Of a DNA stretch of 64,000 bases, positions 28,034 to 41,449 are shown in pieces; the stretch's first letter is position 1; every line of letters begins with the position of its first letter. The DNA is from Octopus bimaculoides (lineage: Eukaryota): contig NC_068983.1 of assembly GCF_001194135.2 (NCBI RefSeq), forward strand, positions 62,160,152 to 62,224,151. Direction: 5' to 3'. The notes beneath the pieces were generated by a model. It made no database searches. It was not told where the DNA came from and saw only the letters and a list, made by a program, of their open reading frames with translations. The translations under genes and the position numbers were made by a program.

Positions 28034-29530
28034 GCACATATGTAATGGGGCGAAAGTAATGTAGCTTATAAATGAATATGAACGATTTCAATATCGCCCA
28101 TTATTTTGAATAAATATATATTGAATAATTAATTCTCTTATAAGAATCACTTTAATGGAGTTTTCTAATTCACAGGAAACACCCTGATTAATAAACAATA
28201 TTCACTAAAAAAAAGACGTGTGGATTTTGCTGCACGGAACGATAAATGTAATTTTTTCTTTTTTTCTTTTTATATTAAAACTGGTTGTACTTGATGTCCA
28301 CTGTTATGAATGAAACTATCATATCGCAATAAATGGTGAATGAAATGACTTTTTAAGGACTTTTGTAAAATGCACGGTGTGAATTTTGAATCAGTGATGC
28401 TAGAATCACGAATCACAAACACAACTATTTTTCAATCCCATTTTTGGCTCTTATCGTGTAAAATTGTTTTTTTTAGATGTCTTCAGTAGTAAAAGCATAT
28501 GCGATTTTGCATCTCGCACGGCTTTTAAAAACAGATAAGAATACTAAATAAACCAGCTCCATTTAGGAATCGAAACTGACAGTTCATTCTCTTTATCTCT
28601 ACACAATGAGGTCCAACACAAAAAATCAATATCTAGCACAGATCGGAATAGCAAAGCTTCTATTTTTCCTTCGTCATCACAGATCTATTTCTGGGATATA
28701 TATATATATATANNNNNNNNNNNNNNNNNNNNNNNNNNNNNNNNNNNNNNNNNNNNNNNNNNNNNNNNNNNNNNNNNNNNNNNNNNNNNNNNNNNNNNNN
28801 NNNNNNNNNNNNNNNNNNNNNNNNNNNNNNNNNNNNNNNNNNNNNNNNNNNNNNNNNNNNNNNNNNNNNNNNNNNNNNNNNNNNNNNNNNNNNNNNNNNN
28901 NNNNNNNNNNNNNNNNNNNNNNNNNNNNNNNNNNNNNNNNNNNNNNNNNNNNNNNNNNNNNNNNNNNNNNNNNNNNNNNNNNNNNNNNNNNNNNNNNNNN
29001 NNNNNNNNNNNNNNNNNNNNNNNNNNNNNNNNNNNNNNNNNNNNNNNNNNNNNNNNNNNNNNNNNNNNNNNNNNNNNNNNNNNNNNNNNNNNNNNNNNNN
29101 NNNNNNNNNNNNNNNNNNNNNNNATATATATATATATATATATATATATACGTAAGTAGAATAGGAAGTCATGATGATGATTCTATTGCAGAAGGCTTGT
29201 GTGATGTAAATGAAGTAAAACAGTAAACAGTTAAAGTAACGGGTAGTATGGCAGTATGATTAGCTTGAGAAGTATATGAAGTACATCAAACTGATAAATT
29301 TAAAATTTCCATTAAACTACTCCGGTTAAACCAACCTAAAACTTTCTCTTTTCTCTAATAAAGAAATCTAAAAACTAAATAACATTATTTTTAGCCTAGA
29401 AACGAGTCAAGTACAAGTTTAATCTGGTTTCAATTTACAGTTGAAGCCAATTGATTTCGCTTAAATACATAACACACCTGACTATGAAGTAATATATAAT
29501 CGTATCACAAAAACTTTGATGTCGGAAATG

Positions 29531-29541
29531 TATTATTATTA

Positions 29542-29597
<56 letters not shown>

Positions 29598-30130
29598 GAG
29601 TGATAGAGCAGTGCATGCCATCGAAGTGACACGGGTAAAATATAGGAAGCCCAGTATGTCCATCATGACTACCGTCTGATAAGGGTACACCAGGCACATA
29701 TATCACAACTATTTAATATGTGTATTACATATCAAGATAAACAGCGCATGAGCTTGCAGGAGGGGGCCCAGTTAGAATTTTTTCTTCAGGTGGAGTAGCC
29801 CATCCTGATCAAAAGATCCTTGAATAAGGGTTATTTAAGGATGTTGAACACCCATGTTTCCAAAGATGAATTATCCAAACCCCAAATAATTCCTCTCAAA
29901 ACATGGCTATGATATTCCGTCACTTCTGCTTGTGAGGAGTGATGCACATATTGTGAGTTACTAAGGGACATGTCTAACTGGTTACGGTCAAACAAGTGAT
30001 AAGCAAATCTGTGGTATTGAGCAGAATATTTGCTGTGGTCCATATTTTATACCAAGACAAAACCATGTACAAGATATCACTTCCAATCAGTTAAGATCAG
30101 AAGCCATGAGAGCCACTATCTGGTACTACA
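29531..30130 (-). mobile_element. (AAT)n-tailed non-coding retroposon 3' region (copy D), family unassigned
   Basis: About 530-bp complex sequence ending on the minus strand in ...CTCTATCACTC-AATAATAAT (tail 29531-29597). No protein motif recognised. Confidence 0.5.
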
Positions 30131-30139
30131 TCAGGGCGT

Positions 30140-30470
30140 ATTATTATTCTTATCATCATCATCATCCTCATTATTATTATTATTATTATTTTATGTTTGA
30201 CTTTTGTTTTGCATTTGTACAAGTTGGATCCAAGTCTCACCCAGAGACCTCAAGAGACAACAAGTTAGAAGTTCATGTAGGTGTTATGCCTAGGGTACCA
30301 TATATTTGGATTTGTACAGTTTTGTTCAAGTGAATGTTTAAGAAACCATAAGAAAATTATGTTTGCTTTAAAATTTGACATCACATAGACAGTATTTTAC
30401 GTAGGATATGGACAGTTCCCATGAGCACTATCTTTTGGACTTCAGCCATTTTGGGGTTTCCTGGGTATTA
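30140..30470 (-). mobile_element. R4/Dong-clade LINE extreme 3' end (copy C) with 3'UTR and (AAT)n tail
   Basis: Minus strand PGNPKMAEVQKIVLMGTVHILRKILSM*, homologous to the C-termini of A1 and F. Confidence 0.75.
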
Positions 30471-31088
30471 TTATTATTATTATTATTNNNNNNNNNNNNN
30501 NNNNNNNNNNNNNNNNNNNNNNNNNNNNNNNNNNNNNNNNNNNNNNNNNNNNNNNNNNNNNNNNNNNNNNNNNNNNNNNNNNNNNNNNNNNNNNNNNNNN
30601 NNNNNNNNNNNNNNNNNNNNNNNNNNNNNNNNNNNNNNNNNNNNNNNNNNNNNNNNNNNNNNNNNNNNNNNNNNNNNNNNNNNNNNNNNNNNNNNNNNNN
30701 NNNNNNNNNNNNNNNNNNNNNNNNNNNNNNNNNNNNNNNNNNNNNNNNNNNNNNNNNNNNNNNNNNNNNNNNNNNNNNNNNNNNNNNNNNNNNNNNNNNN
30801 NNNNNNNNNNNNNNNNNNNNNNNNNNNNNNNNNNNNNNNNNNNNNNNNNNNNNNNNNNNNNNNNNNNNNNNNNNNNNNNNNNNNNNNNNNNNNNNNNNNN
30901 NNNNNNNNNNNNNNNNNNNNNNNNNNNNNNNNNNNNNNNNNNNNNNNNNNNNNNNNNNNNNNNNNNNNNNNNNNNNNNNNNNNNNNNNNNNNNNNNNNNN
31001 NNNNNNNNNNNNNNNNNNNNNNNNNNNNNNNNNNNNNNNNNNNNNNNNNNNNNNNNNNNNNNNNNNNNNNNNNNNNNNNNNNNNNNNN

Positions 31089-31258
31089 ATAATATGGTTT
31101 ATTGTTTCTTGTCCATCGCCACATATTGTACAGTTACTTGTTATGTTTCTTTTCATTACATGTTTTTGGTAATTTCTGGTGGGGAGGCTTTGGTCTTGTG
31201 CAGTAATTAAAAATCCTTCAGTCTCTGCTTTGAGTCCTGAGCTTCTCAGCCACCGTGG
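31089..31258 (-). mobile_element. R4/Dong-clade LINE 5'-truncated copy B (continues into gap 30488-31088)
   Basis: WLRSSGLKAETEGFLITAQDQSLPTRNYQKHVMKRNITSNCTICGDGQETINHI; near-identical to copy F. Confidence 0.88.
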
Positions 31259-33885
31259 ATGGTAGGCCAGGGATCATTCTTAAATAATTTTCAGTTCCTT
31301 TTTTGATCATTCCAAGTGCTCCTACAATCACTGGTATTGTAACCGTCTTGAGATGCTACATCTTTTCGATTTCGATTAGCAGATCTTTATATTTTCTGAG
31401 CTTATCAAATTCTTTTGCCGAAATACAATAGTCACATGGTATGCTCATGTCCATCAATAAATAGACTTTATTGCTTTTGTCTTTCATGACTATATCAGGT
31501 TTATTTGCCTTGATGGTCCGATCTGTACATACTGGGAAGTCCCATAGAATAGTTCCATTTCTCCCTCAATTACAGCCTCAGAGTGGTGCTTGTACCATTT
31601 GTCAACAGTTTTCACTATAATGCCGACACATTTACCAACGTGGATATTGGCCAACTCTGTCATGTCTTGATTTGTACTCTACAGGTGCTAAAAGCTTACA
31701 TCCAGAGATTAGGTGGCCGACTGTTTCTATTCCATCGTCGCAGTATCGGCACTTTGGGTCTGCACCATTTTTCATCACATTGATTTGGTAGTTCCAGTCA
31801 ATAAGCTCTGATCTTGAGCAGGATAAAGCCTTCACTCTCTACCTTCAGCCCTGAGCTCCGTAACCACTGATGTGTGTGCTTCTAGTCTATATCATCTTGC
31901 TTGCTACAGGCCACATATTTGCCATGCAGAGGTTTTTGTTCCCACCTATCAGCCAATTGTTCGAGCGCATTTTGCTTTGCTATTGATTTCAACTTCTTTG
32001 CAACTACAATTGCTGAACTTCCCTCATGCTGTTCAGCCTGGGTATTATCAATAAACTCACTTGAAAATTTTTTGCTCTCCTTCATAACAGAATGAAACTT
32101 ATTACGTCTTTCATGGTTTTCTACGAGCTTTAGCATTCAGTCGTTAGATGTTTCAAGATATTTCGCCAGTCCAATTGTGGTGGTTTTGCAGGAGATTTCA
32201 AACTGGATCAAACTTCGACTTCCTTGAGCTCTGGATAGATAAAGACGATCTACATCTGCTTTTGGGTGGTGCATCTTATTGCAAGTCAGCAACTTACAGA
32301 TTTTCCTGTCAATCTTCCTTATTTTGCTCATATTCCAGTTCAACACATTGAAACTGTAAATAACAACAGGCACTACTAAGTAATTTATAGCTAACACCTT
32401 GTTACGTGCATTAAACTCGAATTTTAGGACTGCTCGAACTCTCCTGTAACACTCCTTCCTGATCTTCTCTTTCATACTTGCATGTTGAATGCCAGGACCC
32501 ACATTTATTCCGAGCTATCTGTTCCTGCTCGAGTTCTTTTATGACTGTGTTAATATCTAACACTACTGAATGTGAGGTCTTCAGTTTCCCTTTCTGGAAA
32601 GAGGCCTTTTCACATTTATCAAGACCAAATTCCATCGTAATGGCATCACTCTATGCTTTCACAGTACGTCATTATCGTCTTATTCATATACAATAGATGA
32701 CTTATTTTCTTGTTGCCAATTTTATATCCATACCCTGTTCTGTTGAGTTAAATTGTAAGAGATATTAGGTCTATGCAGAAAATTAAAGGTGAAAGTGAGT
32801 CAATTTGGAAAATGCCGCAGTTGATATTAATATACGATTGATTAAGAATTGGTCTTTGCATCCATATGAGCCTCGTCGATACCCTTTTTAGGTCTGCTGT
32901 TGTGATTATTTCTCATGCTTGTTCTGGTATATTTAGGTAGGATCCTTCTCTGTGTCCAATCCAGTCTGCATTTTCATTGTAAGTCTTTTCATTACTCCAG
33001 TTATTATTCCAGAAGTTTTCAACTTCCGTGGCAGGTGAGGGGGCCTTCAACGGTTATTTTCTTCCCTATTTCTCTGTAGAATGTTTTTACATTGAATGTG
33101 AACAGCTTATTTTCATTGAAAAGTTTTTTTCTTTTCTCAAATCTTTGTATTCTTTGAGATTTAGCTTGGACTTTTTGTTGTAGTGTTTCTTTTGCTGAAA
33201 GCAGTTCTACTCTTGGTGAGAAACTATGTTTTGTCTTCATCTTTCTGGTTTTTACACTGTTTCCACAGATTAGTTCATTCAATATTGATATTTCACCTCT
33301 CATTATTTCAATCGCTTTTTCAATTTTACTTTTCAGGTTTGAAATACTTCTCGGATTTGTATTTCTTTGTTTTTTTTTCAGAGGCATACAATTGGTTTCA
33401 ATTGTCTTAGCAGCTGCGTAAATAATTTCATTTAATTCAGTGAGATGTGGTCTTAGTTCTTGCATAATTACCTTTGTTACATAGTTTCCAATTTTAATTT
33501 GTATTCTATTTTGGATTGTATTTGAGAGCTTATGAAGTGGTTCTCTATCATGCATATTAGTGTGTCTTACACCTGCAAGTTTATTCAGGATATTCTGCTT
33601 CAATTCTATCATAGAAACTGTTCTTCAGTGTAGTCTTGAAATATTGTTTCTTTACCACTTTCCTCGCTATCTTTATGAGGTTCATTGCAATTTATTTCTC
33701 AAGACGTTTACGTGTTCTGGTCAGATGGCAGTCTTTCAATTGAAGCTCGTGGAGAGTTCCTCTCTTCGTCTGATACTTCATTTCCTTGTTGTCTTATATT
33801 TAGGTCATTTTCCGCTGCGAGCTTGATCGCAGTTATTTCACTATCTGTGAGTTTTTTTTATTTCTGGAGATATCCCTCCTCCTCC
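31259..33885 (-). mobile_element. R4/Dong-clade RLE LINE, copy A2 (pseudogenised, partial RT)
   Basis: Same family as A1. RT remnants IFQIDSLSP, SHLLYMN, MEFGLDKC and YRRVRAVLK; KCRYCDDGIETVGHLISGC; NKPDIV. 3' end is cut at MIPGLPS. Confidence 0.92.
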
Positions 33886-33914
33886 TTATAATTATAATCA
33901 TCATCGTCATCATG

Positions 33915-33946
<32 letters not shown>

Positions 33947-34737
33947 TATTATTAGTAGTATTATTATTAGTATTATTATTATTATTGTTGCTGTTGTTGT
34001 TGTTATTATTATTTGTTGCGAGATCAAGCGCATAGTCTGGAAGGGACACTGCTGTGGACATCGTCCTCACTTGAAATTAAAGGATGAGCTTTGGACTTGC
34101 TTGTGATTCTCAAACGTAGACACTTGGATGAGCCTGAGAGATACAAATACCAGTTAATCAAATAGATCCGGCACTTGATTGTTACTGTATTGTTTTGAAT
34201 TCTGGAAGTGAGAACTGACTCGCAAAATGACAGGATCTAAACTCGTGGCTTAAATTGAGGAAATTAAGTACAACTAGATAGTTTCTTCGACACCTTAACT
34301 ATACTGAAAATGCTGTGCATATAACTCTTGTTAGTTGGTTCCTATTAGTTTTATACTCCATTTAAAAGCAGTTAAATTCTACTTAATGTAACTTTTGCGG
34401 AACGTTATTATTTCTTTAATCTGGGACAACATTTCAATGGGTTCGAATATACGGACAATAAAGCCTTGATAATATCACAGTACATATATATATAGTCTAG
34501 ATTTTATAGTATTAATTATCCATCACGGCTGGTCTTACCAATCGGTATCGCGTGAAGTTGTATAATGGAGTGTTTGGCAACAAGCCAGTCATATAATATA
34601 TGCTCGTCAGAGATAGCCGACATGGAAATGGAAATGGCGACCGCTCTCCTATAAAATTCATACAATATACTCATTCTACCAACAGTTATACGAGTGCATC
34701 TTCTCCTTGACTTATGGTCACTTAGACGACTCAAGCA

Positions 34738-34772
<35 letters not shown>

Positions 34773-34868
34773 ACAGAAATTGAAATTTACAGAATAAACA
34801 AAAGACGAAGACATGTGTATAAACTACAAGCATGTGTATTAGTTTGACGCTCGGAAAGGTGAGCAAAT

Positions 34869-34904
34869 CTTTTACGTTTTGAGCCTACGCTCTTCAACAG
34901 AAAG
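34869..34904 (-). ncRNA. Degenerate minimal hammerhead motif
   Basis: Minus strand reads CTTT-CTGTTGA-A-GAGC-GTAG-GCTC-AAAAC-GTA^AAAG. All helices pair, but there are two core substitutions (A6>U, G12>A). Confidence 0.5.
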
Positions 34905-35456
34905 GAACACAAGGAAATAAACAAAGAGAGAATTTAAAAAATCTTGTGGAGTTAAAGGTTAATCATGGCGACCAAAGATTTATTAACTAAACGAAAACAC
35001 TCTTGCATCATATTATGAACATTAAGCAACTTCCTCATTTATTGAGTGGCGTAACAGCATCGCATTTTCGTAGTAAAATCTCCTTGAATAAAACGAATTT
35101 ATCGATCAATTATGATAATATTTTGACTCACACTTCGTATATATTAAAATAAAATTTTAAAGTAGTTTTATTTAAATATATGCAATATTAGTTTTGCAAT
35201 TTAAATTTTCTATGTTATTTTTCTTCCTTATCCTTAATTTATCAGCTTCAAGAACAGTTATCTGCCATTAGATTCGGCTCTCTCTTAAAAAAATTTCGGT
35301 TCTCTATTTGCCCCTCATCCGCACTACACAATATTCTTTTTCTAACGTGACCAATTATATTAAATAGCATTAATATTTTGCTTCGTTATTAATAGGAGTA
35401 TTGTACTATGATCATTGTAACTTAAAATAACAACTTTTAGTATAGCGTATTGGTAA

Positions 35457-35746
35457 ATACCCACTTCGGTCATAAATGACCATGGGATTACACCTAGAAA
35501 ATTCACCTGCAAGGCAAAAGTCCGGGTAAGGTTGTTTTATAGAAGACCAGTAATTGCCCGTACGTACCAGCCTTCTCTTTCCACACCATTAATGTTATTC
35601 AAGGGAAAGCAAAGAACGATACAGTTTAGCAACAGTGACGTTGCAACTCATTTCTACAGTTGAATGACCTGGAGCAACGTAATATAAACTAACAACCCGG
35701 TCCAAAAATAGAACTCATTACTTCTAACCATTGTGCCATGCGCCTT
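35457..35746 (-). mobile_element. tRNA-derived SINE family C
   Basis: Minus-strand head GGCGCATGGCACAATGGTTAGAAG; body contains GTTGCTCCAGGTCATTCAACTGTAGAAATGAGTTGC. Confidence 0.6.
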
Positions 35747-35809
35747 CTTATTTTAATATTCACATTTCTTGTAGTTTACAATTATGCATATATTTAATGA
35801 TTGAAATAT

Positions 35810-36016
35810 TGTTTTCAAATTTTGTCAACAAGTTCGGGTGAAGAGGTAAGTAGATTACATCGACCCTAGTGCTCAACCGATGCTCATTTTATCGATTCCG
35901 AAAGGATGAAAGTTAAAGTTGACCTCGGCAGAATTTTAACTCGGAACGTAAAGATGGACGAAATGCCGCTAATCATTTTTCCTGGCGTGATAGCGATTCT
36001 GCCAGTTAGCTGCCTT
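35810..36016 (-). mobile_element. SINE family B
   Basis: Same core: GAAAGGATGAAAG...GACCTCGGCAGAATTTTAACTC...ATTCTGCCAG. Confidence 0.85.
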
Positions 36017-36449
36017 ATTTAATGATTAAAATATTTGCATAGCTAAATTACATTCTCTTATAAAGTAAAAGATGAATATAATAAGACGAAGACAGATAAT
36101 TTTATCAGGAAGTATGGAAAACAATTGCATATACATTTTGGCTTTTGAAACTTTTCAGTGAGTGGTATCTATTTTATGACTTGCGATTTGCCAGATTCTG
36201 ATACAGTTAGTACTAAATCCGCAGGGCATGTTATAAAGAGGTTGTGAATTACAAGAAATATAAGTATTAAAATAAGGATTTATCTAGAAAATAACATTTA
36301 AAAATTAGTTTCTTATTTCACCAGGTCCCAGGTGTTCGTCAGTAACACTGATAAGGGAATGAAGATATACTATTCCCATTTGTTAGGTTTTCAACATTTT
36401 GACAAGTTAGAAACTAAGCTATCGATAATAGCGAAGGATTCTGGCTTTT

Positions 36450-37330
36450 AAACTTCTGAGAATGCGTTTGAGGTTCAAGTGTCTCCAAAATAAGGGAATC
36501 GATGAAGTCATCGCACTCGTAATTTTTCTGGTATTTTCTGCGAGTTTAATGTTGTTAATCTGTACGCTCAATATGACCCTTGGTCTTTTCGCAGTGTAGG
36601 TTGCACAGGTGCATAGTCTGAATATATATCCATGGAAAGATTTATAGAGTACACAAGGTGTGTTCTGTCTCGGATAAAACTATATAAAGTATCACTTGTC
36701 ATATTAATTTTTCTACTTTCTAACTTCATCAAATTAGAAAGTAGTTCAAGAGCATGTTTTTGACACTATCCCTTATGATTACTGTTATTAGGTAATGTTA
36801 TACAAGAATTTGTATTGCTGGGAATTGTTTTTCTTGCATCAACATCAGCTGAACATCTGATATTTTGCAAGGAGTAAATGAGTTCCTCTTTCAGATAATA
36901 TAATGTTTTTAAACTAAAAACAAATCCGTCTTCATCGTAATCCGCAAACGCATTCAACTCTTAATTGGTGTTTTAAGGCAAAATATTTGTCTCTCAAAAT
37001 ACTAGCATTGTCTTAACTTTAATCACAGAACCCTTTCATATTGAAGCATATTTTTTGAAGAAAGTACATTTCAACGAACAGATGAAGAATATGAAATTAA
37101 AAAAATTGAAATTGACACACCTTTTATCTGGACAAGATGGTGAGACATAGTTTGCAGACAAAACCGTATGATCCGTATTAGTATATAAAGTTTAATCTAA
37201 TGAAGCAAAATAAAGCGGGTATTTCTTTACTTCTCGGATAATGTGATCCATTAGACTAAAACCAGTAAGACTAATGAATTTCTGAGCTGTTTTACATTGA
37301 TATGATTCGTGCCACCTGTATTTGTTTGCA
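36450..37330 (-). mobile_element. Highly decayed hAT transposase fossil
   Basis: Minus-strand pieces in the expected order: IIREVKKYPLYFASLD*T (FSI..D.T), CD*S*DNAS (GQSYDNAS), NIRCSADVDA (TRWSAR.DA) and FIDSLI. Confidence 0.5.
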
Positions 37331-37699
37331 TAGGTATTTATATGCTCTGAAGAAATAGGTTATACTTGGCCAATAATTCTATCAAACCAAGTAATTTGCA
37401 TTACAAAAAGTGTCGCTATATCGAAATGAAAGCTTCCTTTCACCTAAAAATTAACTACTCCAGGGCAAAAGAGATTTGCAATGAACTGAATTTTAAAGAA
37501 CTTTAAAGTGTTTTTTTTTTAATTTTGCACTTTTTGATGACACATTATTAGCGCGTTCATTTTCTATTTCTTTCTATTCTACTGGCCCTTTTTTATGCAT
37601 AATGTACATGTAGAATTATAACGAAAGATTTTTTATTAGGCACTACATCATTTAATACTACTAAATATTGTTCAGAAAAACTGAAGTTTACCATATCTG

Positions 37700-37823
37700 G
37701 TCTGATAAAAAGGATGAAAGATAAAGTCGACCTCGAAGGAATGTAAACTCAGAACCTAGCAACGGCGAAATACCGTTATTCATTTCGTCCTGCTTGCTAA
37801 CGATTCTGCCAACTCTTCGCCTT
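37700..37823 (-). mobile_element. SINE family B, 5' part
   Basis: AAGGATGAAAGATAAAGTCGACCTCG...CTAACGATTCTGCCAACTC. Confidence 0.75.
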
Positions 37824-38569
37824 GAATAGGCTATAATAACTTCATTAATACACAATTCAGTTTTTCCTTTGAATTAATTATTGTAGAATGTCTCCTTGAG
37901 CTCGTTCTTAAAAAGCAAAATTCATGTAGAAGCTATTTTATTTACTTCACACCTCGATATCTTACTTACTCCACACCTTGTTAATAAAGAAGGGATATGT
38001 CTTAATATGTTCAATAGGAGAAACTAGCACTAATTAATAACATTATTCTTCGACAAAATAATAATCAATAATTATCTATAACACGCTCATGTAAACAATT
38101 ATTATATCGCTTATTCATATCACTTTTACTAACTGTCATTTGACATATTCAATAGAGAAAAGATTTTATTTGACCTTGCACGACTGCTACATAAGCTTAG
38201 TACATGAACATGGGCCAATCAATATGCACATCGACGGATAGCATTCTCAGCCTCATTACTAATTTTAAAACAAACTGTTTTATAACAGTCAGAATAGAGA
38301 TAATTCGTGAACTGTCTCCTTATATTATAGAGTCTTGAAAATCGAATGTGAAACCGGTCAAATGATTTCCTATATTTTAAAATTCAGTTAAATCTTAATT
38401 AATTCTAATAAATTTTGTGCATTTTCAGCTTCGATTCTTCTACTCCTCCACTTGTTTCGATTAACAACATTTTTCTATATGTGTATAACATTTTAACTCA
38501 GTTCCATATGACTTTAATAGTTGTAGGCGCGTAGGACGAACCCATCCCATCAGATAACAGGAGTGTATC

Positions 38570-39043
38570 GGATTTAAGACAATTCAAGATAATTGTCTGA
38601 GAAAGCTGTTGAAAATCACCTGGCAAGCATTTACACATTGCTGAAGAGTGCAGGTCAGGCAGGCAGGTCACCTAGTTCAAATGCCTGACACACGACTCCC
38701 CAAAACCTTTTACAGCGAACTGGGAGAAGGAAAGCGAACACAAGGTGGACAGAAAAAACGCTTCAAAGATACACACAAAGCCTTATTGACGTGCTTTCAG
38801 CCCCACCCCAACACCAGCGAAATGCAAGCACAGGACAGCCCCGCCTGACGTAGCTTTACTAACAGCGATGCTACTGTCTACGAACAGAACAGGATCGCAG
38901 GAGCAAAACGAAAATATGAGCTCCGCAAGTTCAGAGCCAAATACATGCAGTCCATGCGGCAGAGCCATCCGAGCAAGCATCGGACTGCTCAGCCACATCT
39001 CTTATTTGATGTCCTCGGTCATTGTTGACAATGATGGACAAAC
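38570..39043 (+). mobile_element. RTE-clade LINE 3' fragment
   Basis: CLRKLLKITWQ, AGHLVQMPDTRLPK, FYSELGEGKRTQGGQKKRFKD and CSPCGRAIRASIGLLSH; short 3'UTR ATGATGGACAAAC. Confidence 0.85.
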
Positions 39044-39051
39044 ATTATACA

Positions 39052-39440
39052 GGCGCAGGCGTGGCTAGATGATAAGAAGTTTGATTCACAACAGTATGAT
39101 TCATTCGGGGTTCAATCTCACTGCGTAGCACCTTGGAGAAGTTTCATCGGCTGGACCAAAGCCTTGTAGGGAGAGGGGGTGATTTGGTTGATGGAAACTG
39201 AAAGAAACCCCTGTGTATGTTTCTTTTTACGTTTGTCTGCCACCACCACTTGACAATTGGACTTGATTTGTGTATATCACCGTAACTTAGCAATTCCGCA
39301 AAAGTGACCGATAAAATACATATCAAGTTTAAAACAATAAAGTACTTGGGTCGATCTATTTGACTAAAATTTCTTCAAGGCGGTACCGCTGGATGGTCAC
39401 AGTCAAATAACTGAAACAATTGAAAGATAAAAGGTATAAA
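39052..39440 (+). mobile_element. SINE family A, near full length, diverged
   Basis: Head GGCGCAGGCGTGGCT...GGGTTCAATCTCACTGCG; 3' end CAGTCAAATAACTGAAACA plus an A-rich tail. Confidence 0.8.
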
Positions 39441-41449
39441 AGATGAGCATCCGACTAAAATGGAGTAAGTCTAACGATTTATCATTACCATTGGATTTGA
39501 TTATTATCAATTGTTTCAAATAACGTGTATTGGATCTCGTAATATTCCCGACATTCAATCAATCTTAAACATCCAGAGGTTCACAAGAATTAAAGATAGT
39601 AAATACTATATTATACTATCGGCACTTATAGTACCAAAGCAAGTGCGGAATCACTAAATCGGAAGTGATTGGTCTAACACATATAACACGGGGATTTTGT
39701 CAATTCGGAACCTGTGGCCTATACTACACTTGCTACTTGATTAATCCGGTTTTGGACGAGATGCTGATATTAAATTTTAAATCTGTGGGCGCTTATTCAT
39801 GATATTAGTGGTAATCTCTGAAACATGGACTTGAATTTATGCCAAAGCGAAACAAATATCTTTAGGTTCGCTCAGCGATTGATTCATCATTATAATAGCT
39901 TTGTTATTTCCTCCGTGACTAAAAGACCTATTCACTTTGCAAGCAGGCACGACCATGATTGTTTCACTCAGACAGTTGTGGACAAAATAAATGAAAGAAA
40001 ATTGTGTCTTGTAGCTGTTTACTTGAATACAACCTCCTTTGATCTTTGTCTCAGTAACTTAATGACTAGATCGTACAAAATTCTCTTGTGGTTTTATTGA
40101 ACAACGGTTATTATTACCTGTTTTGTATTAAGAACTATTTTCCAAGCGACAGAATCTGATATCACAACAACAACCACCACTACTACTATAACAACAACAA
40201 CAACAATAGTAATAATAATCACCGTTACATGCTCATATATATAACAAAATATATTCAGAACTGTTAAAAACGCACAGGGAGATGAAAGAAAATTATATAA
40301 AAACGAGAGTAGATATAAAAAAATCTTGCACAATACATTAAAACATATTAATAATCTTTTTAAATTCTGCAAAATAATTAAATGAATATATTATACACAG
40401 ATGTAAACTAAAAGAGATATTGATAAAGCACAAAACAGAAAAATAATCCATCCATCGAATACTGTTACGAAGTCTCAACCTCTTCTTGGCTGCTGCTCAA
40501 TGTATTGCCAACTGGAGTGCTTAAAAACGCTCTGAAGCGTATTTTACGTTAGAGAAGACTAAGAGCATCGTTCCTTCTTTAGGAACATCTACTTTAATAT
40601 ATGATTGATATTGAGTTTGATCTTCTGTCTCGTAAAACCCAGCCTATATCTTTTTACTCATCATAGTTAAATTTCAGAATGCCGCATTTGTTTTCACAGT
40701 CACGTTGCTTGTTCGCAGAACAAGGAGCTACAATAAATTGTTGGCCTCACTCCCATTACTACCACCTCATCGTCCTTTGGTGATGGGCTTCAAACGGAAT
40801 ATGAACAAAAGGGGCGGGGCAAATAAATTGTTCACAAGAGTAGATAAATGAAAAATAAGAGCAATCGGCTCTTAATACCACTCATATTACAGTTTAGTTT
40901 TTCTGAGTCATCCACAATCGGATTGCATTCCATTCTGTAACTACAAAGATAAACAACAGCACTCAGAGAGCGCAAACATCCACCAGGGCAACACCAACGT
41001 CCGCGTTGTTCTATTGTGCACAAGGGGTTAAATATAAAGGTTATACATTACAAAGACAATACAGAACATAAAAACGGGGGAAAAGAAATACAAAAAGAAA
41101 TCGAGCAAGGAAGAAAAAGTAAAAAGAAACGAAGGAAATTATGAAAATGATAAAATGAGGCGCAATGCCCACTCGACCCCCGAAGTCGAGTGTTTAAATT
41201 TAGACATTATTTTGGACTGTTTTTCCTTTTTTTTTAAAATAAAAAGTTCACATCTTCATCATTTGTTTATATTGTTCATATCATCTGTTATATTTTTCTC
41301 TAAAATTTCTCAACTATTCATATAACACCACGGGCGGCATGGTATCGTACAAGGCCGGCCCGTCAATCATAGTCACCAGTTCTCCATGTGAATTCATGAA
41401 TATTTCGTATCTTTCTTCATTCAATAGAACATACATTTCCTTCTCCATG

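Noticed and set aside
36310-36350. Minus strand CTGACGA-ACACC...GGT-GAAA
   Set aside because: No helix III/NUH or helix I pairing.
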